Below the pieces are notes generated by a model. The model was not told where the DNA came from. It was given only the letters and a program-made list of their open reading frames with translations, and made no database searches. Below are positions 11,245 to 19,839 of a stretch of 40,000 bases of DNA, piece after piece. The translations under genes were made by a program, and so were the position numbers. Position 1 is the first letter of the stretch. Each line of letters opens with the position of its first letter. Origin of the DNA: a bacterium (lineage in GTDB: Bacteria > Patescibacteriota > Gracilibacteria > Absconditabacterales > Absconditicoccaceae); assembly GCA_030429145.1 (NCBI GenBank), contig JAUIDC010000001.1:427204-467203 (forward strand), written 5' to 3'.

Positions 11245-11320
11245 GCCGCAGTAGCTCAGCTGGTAGAGCGCACCCATGGTAAGGGTGAGGCCGCGGGTTC
11301 AATCCCCGTCTGTGGCTCCA
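11245..11320 (+). tRNA. tRNA-Thr (anticodon GGU), CCA encoded
   Basis: Full cloverleaf: acceptor GCCGCAG/CTGTGGC (one G-U), D-arm GCTC-AGCTGGTA-GAGC, anticodon arm CACCC-ATGGTAA-GGGTG, T-arm GCGGG-TTCAATC-CCCGT, discriminator T, then CCA. Confidence 0.9.
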
Positions 11321-11321
11321 T

Positions 11322-11346
11322 ATATCGCACTAAGCGGTATTTTTTT
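11322..11346 (+). terminator. terminator after the tRNA pair
   Basis: Stem ATATCGC, loop ACTAA, stem GCGGTAT, followed by T6. Confidence 0.45.
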
Positions 11347-11413
11347 AAACCTCTGTTGCAAAAGTGGCAGAAGATGAGTACAAACAAGGCATATTTACTA
11401 TAGATGGAAAGAA

Positions 11414-13303
11414 ATGATCCTAGAAAATTATAAAAAACAGTTTGCGGAGCTTTTGGCAAAGAAGGTAGAGCTGTCCGCTGAAGAGATAGAAGGGCTTATC
11501 GAGTATCCGCCACAGACGGATATGGGAGATTTGGCGTTTCCGTGTTTTTCATTGGCAAAGACAATGAAGAAGGCGCCGCCGATGATTGCACAGGAGCTCT
11601 CAGAGTGACTAGAGGCAGAGTGATTTACAAAGATTGTGCAGATGGGGCCGTATGTAAATGCATTCATTGATAAGTCTGTTTTTGTGAAAGATATACTGAC
11701 TAGCGAAGCGAAACAGCAAAAAAACAGTCAGAAAGTACTCCTTGAGTACATGGGATGAAATCCCAATAAGCCACTGCATGTAGGACATGCGAGAAATGTA
11801 TGTTTGGGTGATACACTGCGCCGTACATTTCAGTATTTGTGATATGATATTACGTGTTCGCACTATGGAGATGATAGTGGTGTGAATGTTGGATATAATA
11901 TTGTGGGACATTTGTATTATGACATTCCATTGGAGAGTGAAAAGAAGTTTGATCACTACTGTGGAGATGTTTACCTGAAGATGCGTCAGCAGGATGAAGA
12001 TCCAGTGTTTAAGGAGCGCTTGAGCAAGGTACTACTGGCTATAGAAAAGGCGAATGACCCTGAGATAACCAAGCTTCACAAAGAGTACGTAAAGAAATGT
12101 ACGATAGAACAACTTCGTACCTGTTGGAGACTTGGTGCGTCATTTGATATGATTAACTGGGAGACAGACATATTACATCTCGATCTCTTTGCAGAGGCTT
12201 TGGAGATGCTCAAAAAAGATGGGCATGTGAAGTTTATGGAAGAGGGAGACGCAAAAGGATGTTGGATCATTGATCTTTCGTCGCTACCTGAATATGCAAA
12301 AGAAGAAAAGCAGTATCAGATACTCGTAAAGTCAGACGGTGTCGCTACCTATGTGGCAAAAGATATCGCTTTTGCGATGTGGAAGCTCGGCTTTCTGCAG
12401 AAACAGTTTCATTTTCACTCGTTCACGAAAGAACCTTCGGGAAATGTTGTCTACTCGACGACCTCTGATGCGTCTCTTGATGAGAATAAAGAGTTTGGGA
12501 ACGCTGATATAGCTATTACTATCATAGACAATCGTCAACTCCCTGCGCAGTCGGTAGTAAGATCGTCTATGCAGCTGATGCACTTGTTGACAGAGAAAAA
12601 AGACTATCAACCGCTTGGCTATGGTGTACTTTATCTGACTCCAAAGACACTGTTACAGTCAGGGTTTTCGCTTACTGATGAGGAGAAAGAGCAAAGCCGT
12701 CTTCCATTTGCTTCGCGTAAATGATGGACAGTAACGGTTGATCAAATGCTTGACCTCCTACAAGAGAGAGCCTATGAGGAAACAAAGAAGCGTAATGCTG
12801 ACAAGGATGAAGAGCGGCTTCGTGCAACTGCAGAGAAGATTGCCATCTCGTCGCTCAGATTTTTCCTTACGAAGACCGATCTGATAAAAGATATTACATT
12901 TGATATCGATGAGGTGCTGGATATGGAAGGAGAGACCGGTGCGTATGTGCTCTATACCTATGCCAGACTTCTTAGCGTGCTCAACCAAAATGGTTATAGC
13001 GCAGATGCAACAAAAGATATCGACTACTCACTCCTCACTGATGAGACAGAGCGGGAGATTGTCAAAGAAATTGATTCGTTTTCTCATGTGATGAGCCAGG
13101 CAAAAGAGGGACTTGCGCCACACCTTGTGTGTCGTTATGTGCTTGGTATGGCGTCATTGTTTAATAAGTACTATAGCAAGGTGAACATTAAGCAAAGCGA
13201 TGAGGCGAATAGGTCAGCAAGACTTATGTTGCTCGGGAAACTACAAGAGACATTGCTACAGGCAATGCATATCATAGGGTTGCAGGAAGTAGAGAGAATG
13301 TAA
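11414..13303 (+). CDS. argS: arginine--tRNA ligase (629 aa)
   Basis: ATG 11414 to TAA 13301-13303 joins ORFs 11414, 11882 and 12746 (offsets 468 and 864 nt) through 5 in-frame TGA. It has the class I HIGH motif NPNKPLHVGHARN and the C-terminal anticodon-binding (DALR-type) region ...YVLYTYARLLSVL.... Confidence 0.9.
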
Positions 13304-13379
13304 AAATTTTCGTCACATTTCAATAGTAGAGTCGTTTGAGATAGTAAGAAGATATTTTTATCCTTTTATTGTAATAAAA

Positions 13380-14321
13380 ATGACAAAAAAACTTTTGGTT
13401 GGAGCGTTTCTCGCCTTTTTTGGGCTAGCTATGGTTAACGTAACATTCGCAAATCATGAAAATATCGCATGTACCATGCAGTATGATCCTGTATGTGGAA
13501 CCGATGGGAAGACTTATGGTAACGCATGTACAGCAGGTGCGGCTCATGCAGAGATTGCTTATGAGGGAGAGTGTAAAGCAGAAGACAAACCAGCTGTATG
13601 TACAAAAGAGTACAGACCAGTGTGTGGAGAGGTGCAGGTACAGTGTGTGACAGCGCCTTGTTATCCAGTACAGCAGACTTTTGGAAACAGATGTATGGCT
13701 GAGGCAGCTGATGCTATGAACATCCAAGAAGGAGCATGTGATGCTCAGTCTCAAGATCTCGTAGGAACGCAATGGGAGCTCAAGATGTTCAATGGTGAGC
13801 CAGTGGAAGGAAAGAGTACATTGCAGTTTGAAGCTGACTCTTTCTCAGCAAAGGTATGTAACAATAAAGGTGGAGATTATCAGCTTTCAGGTAACATCAT
13901 CTTTGCAGACAGGGTATTTACGACTGAGATGTTTTGTCTTGGACCAGTAGGCACATATGAGGCGGCTTTTGATCTCAATGGCTCTCTCTACAATGTCTTT
14001 GGTAACAGACTCACTATTGATACGGTCGATGGAGATAGATTTACATGGAAGAAAGCAAGAGCGAGAGTTGAACTTCCTGTTTCAAGAGAGTGGAAGAGGT
14101 ACGGACGTACTATCTGGCAACTCAATCAAATTGCTGAAGCAAAAGGATATGACACTGTAGAAGAGAAAAAGTCTATGGCGACAGATATCCTTGAGAGAAT
14201 TAACTACTTCCTTTCGGTAAGCACTATGACTCGTCTAGGAAATATAAGAATCATGTATATCAAAGCTGCTGTACAGTTCTATCACGACCATATTGGTGAA
14301 GGGGTGTTTGATAACTTCTAA
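13380..14321 (+). CDS. secreted protein: two Kazal-like Cys-rich modules + META (HslJ-like) domain + C-terminal helical region (313 aa)
   Basis: Signal peptide MTKKLLVGAFLAFFGLAMVNVTFA. Kazal-like core CTMQYDPVCGTDGKTYGNACTAGAAHAEIAYEGEC, with a second copy CTKEYRPVCGE...TFGNRCMAEAADAMNIQEGAC. META pattern LVGTQWELKMFNGEPV...LQFEADSFSAKVCNNKGGDYQLSGNIIFADRVFTTEMFC. Confidence 0.6.
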   Translation: MTKKLLVGAFLAFFGLAMVNVTFANHENIACTMQYDPVCGTDGKTYGNACTAGAAHAEIAYEGECKAEDKPAVCTKEYRPVCGEVQVQCVTAPCYPVQQTFGNRCMAEAADAMNIQEGACDAQSQDLVGTQWELKMFNGEPVEGKSTLQFEADSFSAKVCNNKGGDYQLSGNIIFADRVFTTEMFCLGPVGTYEAAFDLNGSLYNVFGNRLTIDTVDGDRFTWKKARARVELPVSREWKRYGRTIWQLNQIAEAKGYDTVEEKKSMATDILERINYFLSVSTMTRLGNIRIMYIKAAVQFYHDHIGEGVFDNF

Positions 14322-14436
14322 ACGAAAAACCGACTCCGCTGAGTACAGAAGAGCCGGTGTTCGGATAGTTAGTAAGCACAATCCAACAAAAATAGTACAT
14401 ATTATATGGAGGAATACAAGAAGAGCTAGTTGTAAG

Positions 14437-14465
14437 AAAACCCTGTCCTCAAGACAGGGTTTTTC
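14437..14465. terminator. bidirectional terminator between the Kazal/META gene and the aquaporin gene
   Basis: Stem AAAACCCTGTC (14437-14447), loop CTCAA, stem GACAGGGTTTT (14453-14463). Confidence 0.65.
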
Positions 14466-14486
14466 TCTTATTTGAGCAATTATTCT

Positions 14487-15107
14487 TTATTTGTCTTTAC
14501 AGTTGCACGCATTCACCCATCCTGCTACTGCGCCTCCAGCAACTGTTGCTACGAGGAACATCCACAGATAAGGAAGTGTGATTCCTCCGTCGAGTGCATC
14601 GATGAGGATCGGTCCTACTGCTACGGCAGGGTTGAACACACCAGCACTTATTGCGCCGACGGACATGATACCAACAAATACGGTTAAGCCGATAGCAAGT
14701 CCCCGGTAGCTATTTTCTTTCACTTCTTTAGCGAAAGCTGTTCGATAAACAACCATAGCAAGGAGAAATGTGAAGATAAACTCAGCTACGAGTATCTGCC
14801 ATACAGCTACGCCGTCATTTGGGAGAACAAGCATCGTTGATCCTCTGAGGAGCCGGTAGATAAGAGCGCCAAGCAGACCTCCGATCAACTGCCAAATCCA
14901 ATACTTTGCTGCCACAGACCAAGTCACTTTCTTGCTAATAGCGAGGGAGAGTGTTACTGCTGGATTGAGATGTCCGCCAGATAGTGGTCCTGTCACATAG
15001 ACCAAGATAGCTAGTGCGATACCGACAGTCAGTGCATCGCCACCACTCAGTCCAATAATCAATACGAAGAGCATGACACCCAAAAACTCTGCAATATACT
15101 TCTTCAT
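14487..15107 (-). CDS. MIP-family channel (aquaporin / aquaglyceroporin, 206 aa)
   Basis: Two NPA boxes: SGGHLNPAVTLSLAI and GVFNPAVAVGPIL. I chose the start at ATG 15107 (MKKYIAEFLGV...). The track ORF extends to 15209, but that extension is not MIP-like. Confidence 0.85.
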   Translation of the reverse strand: MKKYIAEFLGVMLFVLIIGLSGGDALTVGIALAILVYVTGPLSGGHLNPAVTLSLAISKKVTWSVAAKYWIWQLIGGLLGALIYRLLRGSTMLVLPNDGVAVWQILVAEFIFTFLLAMVVYRTAFAKEVKENSYRGLAIGLTVFVGIMSVGAISAGVFNPAVAVGPILIDALDGGITLPYLWMFLVATVAGGAVAGWVNACNCKDK

Positions 15108-15221
15108 GAAAAACATAGATAAAAAATAAATACTAACTTCATATCTATCCTGCGCACTGTTGCAATACCAAATCAAATCATTACAACTAATATACTTCTT
15201 TATTACCAATATTATTCAAGG

Positions 15222-15632
15222 ATGTCAGATGGACTTAAAAGAACGATAGCGGCTATTATAGGAACGGCTGGTATTGCATACATAGCGTGGCTTATTGCGC
15301 AGGGACAAAGATTCGTTCCAGAGCAGTATGCCGCTAATGAACTTGTTATAGGCATTGTCTTTATTGCTCTTTTCTTTTTCTTTGTACTCTGGCTAGCAAT
15401 CAGACCGCTTGCTATAAAAAGAGTGAAGCGATGGGTAGTGCTTTATGCGATTGTGCTTATCTTGCTTGCAAACTACTTCCTTATCGACAAAGCCGATCAA
15501 GGAATCTATGCTGGAGATATCGTTTCAGTTATAGGGGTCATTATCTTCTTCCTCGCTATCTCAGGTGTGATCCTCACAAAGAAAGCAAAGAAGAAGTTGG
15601 AGTCAAGAATACAGGAGGTTATAGAGGTGTAG
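15222..15632 (+). CDS. hypothetical 4-TM membrane protein (136 aa)
   Basis: Intact ORF with four hydrophobic segments and a K-rich C-terminus. I recognise no motif. Confidence 0.45.
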   Translation: MSDGLKRTIAAIIGTAGIAYIAWLIAQGQRFVPEQYAANELVIGIVFIALFFFFVLWLAIRPLAIKRVKRWVVLYAIVLILLANYFLIDKADQGIYAGDIVSVIGVIIFFLAISGVILTKKAKKKLESRIQEVIEV

Positions 15633-15699
15633 GTCCTTGTTAATCTTGCACTTTCGGAGAAAATCACTATAAGTTTCTTCCCCGAGCAATCGGGGCTAT

Positions 15700-15776
15700 G
15701 CGGAATTAGCTCAATTGGCTAGAGCGTGTCCTTGCCAAGGACAAGGTTGCGAGTTCGAGCCTCGTATTCCGCTCCA
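15700..15776 (+). tRNA. tRNA-Gly (anticodon GCC), CCA encoded
   Basis: Acceptor GCGGAAT/ATTCCGC (perfect), D-arm GCTC-AATTGGCTA-GAGC, anticodon arm TGTCC-TTGCCAA-GGACA, T-arm GCGAG-TTCGAGC-CTCGT, then T-CCA. Confidence 0.92.
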
Positions 15777-15806
15777 AAAAAACGACCTGTATGAGTCGTT
15801 TTTTTG
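15777..15806 (+). terminator. terminator after tRNA-Gly
   Basis: Stem ACGAC, loop CTGTATGA, stem GTCGT, flanked by an A-run and followed by T7. Confidence 0.5.
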
Positions 15807-15880
15807 ATTGTCGAGAAGCCTTGCAAACGAGATTATAAGTATTATACAATAGGTGTTTTTATCTTTTCTCAATATTTATT

Positions 15881-16135
15881 ATGGCAGAAAGACATAATAG
15901 CGGAGGAAATTTGATTGTAGCATTGATCATTGCGATCATTGTCGGTTTAGTGGTTTTCTTCCTCCTTGATAGCAAACCAGTTGGTCAGCCTGACGACCAA
16001 AATCCTTTGATGACAGGTAATGAAGCAATGATGGAAGACGACACTAATACTGAAGACACGAATAATGAAGGAGACGAGATGATGTCAGGAGAGATTGATG
16101 CTGGGATTGAAGTAGATGCGGGAGTAACTCCATAA
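15881..16135 (+). CDS. small bitopic membrane protein with acidic tail (84 aa)
   Basis: ORF preceded by TTGCAA...TACAAT promoter-like elements. One TM segment (LIVALIIAIIVGLVVFFLL), then a D/E/N/T-rich tail. Confidence 0.45.
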   Translation: MAERHNSGGNLIVALIIAIIVGLVVFFLLDSKPVGQPDDQNPLMTGNEAMMEDDTNTEDTNNEGDEMMSGEIDAGIEVDAGVTP

Positions 16136-16221
16136 TAGTAAGTTTTTTGGAGAGTAGAGAGATTCCTGTAGTGGAGTTGTTATTTGTTGTGTGATAAAAT
16201 TTATATTATTATTTTTCTTTC

Positions 16222-16743
16222 ATGAACGAACAGCATGGTGCCAGTCATTCGCACCACACACATCATTTCCGTCATAGACGGGGATTTTTACATGACCTAG
16301 AGAAACTAGGTGACGAGCATCTGGTAAGGAAAGCTCCTTTGCAGATACCACATAAGTGGAAAGCTATCATAGCGAAATTGCTACCGATACTTGTTTTGGT
16401 GGTGGCTATTGTATCGGTTCCAGGTATCGTTGCGTGAGCGTTGTTTGTGCTTGGCTTTGCTGGTCATGGTATGATGGGGTACGGAGGTGTCTATAATTCG
16501 TATCGAGCGGCGGCATATCCGATAGTGTTGATCCAGTTGGCCATCACGATAGCGATTACAGTCTTCTACTTTAAGGCATTCAACCTGCTCAGAGCAAAGA
16601 AATATCTGGGGTGGGTCTATGTATTTTATGGTGGACTTTTGGGCCTTGTGGTCAATCTGATAGATGGAGGGATCGTATGAGCCTTAGTGTGATTTTTGAT
16701 AAGTATGTACCTGCTGTTTCAGGCGAAAGAATTGTATCATTAA
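16222..16743 (+). CDS. hypothetical membrane protein with His-rich N-terminus (173 aa)
   Basis: ATG 16222 to TAA 16741-16743 joins ORFs 16222 and 16441 through TGA at 16435, 16678 and 16690. N-terminus HGASHSHHTHHFRHRR, followed by several TM segments. Confidence 0.5.
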
Positions 16744-16755
16744 ATATGACATTAT

Positions 16756-16785
16756 AAAAAATCCGACCAGCTGGTCGGATTTTTC
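16756..16785. terminator. bidirectional terminator (perfect palindrome)
   Basis: AAAAATCCGACCAG / CTGGTCGGATTTTT (16756-16785), lying between two convergent genes. Confidence 0.7.
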
Positions 16786-17232
16786 TTATTGAGCGTCTTC
16801 TGTATTCATCTGTCTTCATTTTAGTGATAGTATCAGGATGGTGATGATGATACCCGTGCAGAGCAAACAGAGGAGGCAAAATGATTTGATGACAATAGCT
16901 TCTGTGAAAATGAAGTAGGTATTGAAGAGTAATCCTGCAGCTGAAAGATAGGTGAGAATATCATATGCCTTTGCTGATCTTCTCTTTTTGAGCCCCCAGA
17001 TAGCTATGGCTATGAGAACAGGATAGACGACTAGTGCTATCGCGGGAAATGGAATGGAACCAAACCATGCCTGCGGAGTCGTAAAGACATTTGAGCACGA
17101 GATAGTGCTTGATATGTCGCAGAATCATTTTGCATCAGTGTTATCCCTCACTTTGAGCGCAAGCTCGGTGAGATATGATGCATTGATGAATGCAACGATG
17201 CTGAGTATGATGATAACGTGTAGTTTTCTCAT
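16786..17232 (-). CDS. vitamin K epoxide reductase (VKOR) family protein, DsbB-analogue (148 aa)
   Basis: This gene is absent from the ORF track because it contains 2 in-frame TGA. Translation: MRKLHVIIILSIVAFINASYL...FCDISSTISCSNVF...WFGSIPFPAIALVVYPV...SFCLLCLLCTG.... That gives the loop Cys pair, the FGiP.a..G..aY-like segment and the CxxC in the last TM, as in bacterial VKOR homologues. The frame is 447 nt (149 codons including the stop). Confidence 0.6.
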
Positions 17233-17291
17233 GGCGGAGACATTAATGCTGTAAATTGCTTTGTTTTTACGTTTCTATTAAGCATTTTCAA

Positions 17292-17324
17292 TCTAAAAAG
17301 TAGCGCATAGATAAAGCGCTACTT
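17292..17324 (-). terminator. terminator of the 17339-17794 gene
   Basis: Stem AAAGTAGCGC (17297-17306), loop ATAGATAA, stem GCGCTACTTT (17315-17324). On the minus strand it is followed by TTTTTAG. Confidence 0.6.
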
Positions 17325-17338
17325 TGATAGTCTCTGGC

Positions 17339-17794
17339 TTACTCATTGACTGCCTTGATGGTTGTTTTTGAGAAAACTCGTTTGTTCTCATCGGAGATGA
17401 TAAATTCCCATGTCTCCTTGTTGTCTTCGGTGATGTTAAGAGTTGCGGTAAACTCGTAACTCATGTCGGGCTCTAGGGGGATATATATGTCAGATGATAT
17501 TCTATACCCTTTTTGTTTTGTTTGTGTGATAGCTTCTCTGCGTATTCTCCCTGCGTTCCATGCCGCACCAAGCGTTACAAAGATCTGCTGTAAAAACTCT
17601 ACAATGCTGACATAGTTGATGTGTCCTCTCTGTGCTATTTTGATGTCTTTTGCCGGAAATACACAAATCCCTTTGATGCTTTCTGTTTTGTCTTGCCTTG
17701 TGTAAACAATTGGACTGTCTGGATCGAGGTAGTGTGGTGCAGGAATCTTGTCTGCATAGTCCTTAAAGTACAATGTTGTTGTTTCTGTTATCAT
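17339..17794 (-). CDS. hypothetical protein (151 aa), possibly hotdog-fold-like
   Basis: Intact ORF with its own terminator. There is only a weak resemblance (GHINYVSIVEFLQQ) to hotdog-fold enzymes, and I assign no function. Confidence 0.4.
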   Translation of the reverse strand: MITETTTLYFKDYADKIPAPHYLDPDSPIVYTRQDKTESIKGICVFPAKDIKIAQRGHINYVSIVEFLQQIFVTLGAAWNAGRIRREAITQTKQKGYRISSDIYIPLEPDMSYEFTATLNITEDNKETWEFIISDENKRVFSKTTIKAVNE

Positions 17795-17862
17795 ATTCTT
17801 TTGTTTTAGTTATACGGCAAATTATGTATCAAAGTGAATAGATATCAATACTTAATATGTAA

Positions 17863-17892
17863 AATATGCCGTTGAAAAATATCGGCAATATT
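17863..17892. promoter_or_regulatory. inverted repeat (candidate operator) over the TrmB-like gene promoter
   Basis: AATATGCCG (17863-17871), 11 nt, CGGCAATATT (17883-17892), immediately upstream of TATAAT 17894-17899. A third half-site, ACGGCAAATTAT, lies at 17814-17825. Confidence 0.35.
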
Positions 17893-17926
17893 CTATAATA
17901 AATTTATTTAGCCATAAGTATATTAT

Positions 17927-18670
17927 ATGGAGCTTGAAAAAATACTGTCAGAATTTGGCTTTTCAGAAAGAGAGGCAAAGATTTATTTAGCTATTTTATC
18001 TTTGCCGGAGGCGACGATAGCTGCGATCGTAAGAAAGTGTAAAGAGAAGAGGTCGACGGTATATAGTGTTGTTAAAGAGTTGGTGCGTAAAAATTTTGTT
18101 TCAGAGGTTTCTAAAAATAAAGTGCTTTCTTATAAGGCCGTAGAGCCTAGTAGAATCTTAGATGCTTTTGAGGAGCGTTCAGCTTTATTTAAATCGCTCT
18201 TGCCCCTTTTTAGCGTATATATGGAAAAAGAGTGAGTCGCTCCCAAGGTCGAATTCTATGAGTGAATAGAGGGTGTAAAAAGTATGTATAATGACATACT
18301 CACTTCCTTGGAACCAGTAAAGGCTTTCTTGTGAACGTTGGTATTTCCAGAGGAGATAAAACGTTATATTTATAATAGTTATTACCCTGTAAAGGTAAAA
18401 AATAATGTGTTCTCGCAAACTATTGTTGCAGATTCTATAAAGAACAAAACCTTAATAAAAAAAGAAAAAGACTCCTTATATAAGAGAGATAGGAGAATTG
18501 TGGCAGGATTGTCGTTTCCTAGCGATATTATTATAAATATGTATGGTCCCAACAAGATTATGTTGGTGGCATTCGCTAATAACCGCCCCTTTGGGGTGGT
18601 TATTTCTAGTATATATTTTTATGAGACTATGGTCAGCATGTTTGATTTTTTGTGGAAGCTGGGTAGGTAA
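17927..18670 (+). CDS. TrmB-family HTH transcriptional regulator (247 aa)
   Basis: ATG 17927 to TAA 18668-18670 joins ORFs 17927 and 18338 through three TGA. The N-terminus LSEFGFSEREAKIYLAILSLPEATIAAIVRKCKEKRSTVYSVVKELVRKNFV matches the TrmB winged-helix pattern. Confidence 0.6.
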
Positions 18671-18684
18671 GCGGCCAATATTGA

Positions 18685-19665
18685 CTATTTCACAGCAACG
18701 AAATAAGCAATGTCACAGTTGTTAACATAGTTGAGCCAGTACTCTGACGGATATTCGTTGATACCTTCAGGGGAGATGAGAGGCTTTTTTCGTTCTACAG
18801 AGCTGTATCAAAGATCGAGAAGGGTTTTTTCGATGGTCTGTTTCCTATAGAAGCAAGAATAGAGTGTACACAAGAGATTGTTACCGTTGAACAGTTGGAG
18901 TTCGAGAAGCGCCCCATCGTTCATCTTGCCAGAAGGAATGGTTTTTATAGATCAGTACTCTTTGTTGTTGTGTACGATGTCATGAGGAGCGTCAATAAGT
19001 CCAACTAATTTACCTCACTTCTTTAAAGAGTCGTAAAAGTTTTTAAATAATAGTTTGAGTTCTTTTGTGCTTTTCGAGTAGTTGATGACAAAAGGTGCAC
19101 AAATGCTGTCGAGTCATGCTGGTGGATAGTTATACTGTCGCATGTCAGAGAGGATGTAGTCAACATTGGGGACTCATAGGTGTTTGCCAATCTTCTTTGC
19201 TCATTCAATCTGTTTAAAAGTGTTGTCTATCGCCAGTATCTTTTTGCTGTATTTTGCCAATGCGTGTGTAAAATATCCGGTTCAGCATCCTATGTCTGCT
19301 ATGATATCTTCGGTTTGTGGGTTGAGGTAGTGGAGCATCGTATAGAGCATGCTATATTGTTTGTCTGGTTTGATGTCGGTTTGTAGATAGGATGAAAAAA
19401 GCGCAGTGTAGTTGTTGATGTGAGACATTCCAATGTCTTTCTTCAAGAGAAGATTGAAAATGTTTGTGTATTGTTGTATTCTTATTTGAATGGTGTTGGT
19501 AATAATGTCTTCGTCGTCGCTTTGTGAAAGATCTTTTTGTGTACGCAAAAATCTGCTGATTGTAGAGGGATTTCTTTGCATTTGACGAGCGATACCTCTG
19601 TGCGAAACTCCTGCATGAAAGAGGCTGATAATTTGTTGCTTTTCGGTGTCAGTAAGATGGGTCAT
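18685..19665 (-). CDS. fusion protein: IS30-like HTH domain + class I SAM-dependent methyltransferase (326 aa)
   Basis: ATG 19665 to TAG 18685-18687, 981 nt, read through 7 in-frame TGA below track ORF 19282-19665. N-terminus LTDTEKQQIISLFHAGVSHRGIARQMQRNPSTISRFLR. MTase motif I is ADIGC(TGA=G)TGYFTHALA, followed by ILAIDN and LKKGGKLVGL. Confidence 0.6.
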
Positions 19666-19741
19666 AATAAGGGAAGTGTTGATTAAATACGTTATGGCAA
19701 CTGGTTAATCATGATGTGAGAAATTATATATTGCTGTAAAT

Positions 19742-19773
19742 AAAAAACAACACCTTTGTTGGTCAAAGTGTTG
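19742..19773 (-). terminator. minus-strand terminator-like hairpin in the thrS / HTH-MTase spacer
   Basis: On the minus strand: stem CAACACTTTG, loop ACCAA, stem CAAAGGTGTTG, followed by TTTTTT. Confidence 0.45.
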
Positions 19774-19839
19774 CTTTTGCTGGTGCTATTATCATGAGAA
19801 AACGCTTGTAATCTTTCTATATTACTCTATAATCTCCTT

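Noticed and set aside
11414-13303. Apparent fragmentation or pseudogenisation of argS (3 pieces), and likewise of thrS, gltX, murB, murC and the giant ORF
   Set aside because: All fragments are in frame and separated only by single TGA codons, which fall on conserved Gly positions. This is code-25 recoding, not gene decay.
6862-14321. TGA-free genes (sortase, cupin, Kazal/META, and also the aquaporin, rnc and the VirB4N-like gene) as evidence of recent horizontal acquisition from standard-code donors
   Set aside because: At the observed density (roughly one TGA per 100-150 codons), several 130-310-codon genes lacking TGA is not clearly improbable. I cannot run a proper codon-usage test here.
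19282-19665. IS30-family transposase fragment / mobile element
   Set aside because: Only the HTH resembles IS30. The frame continues through TGA into a methyltransferase. There is no DDE domain, and no inverted repeats or target duplications are visible.
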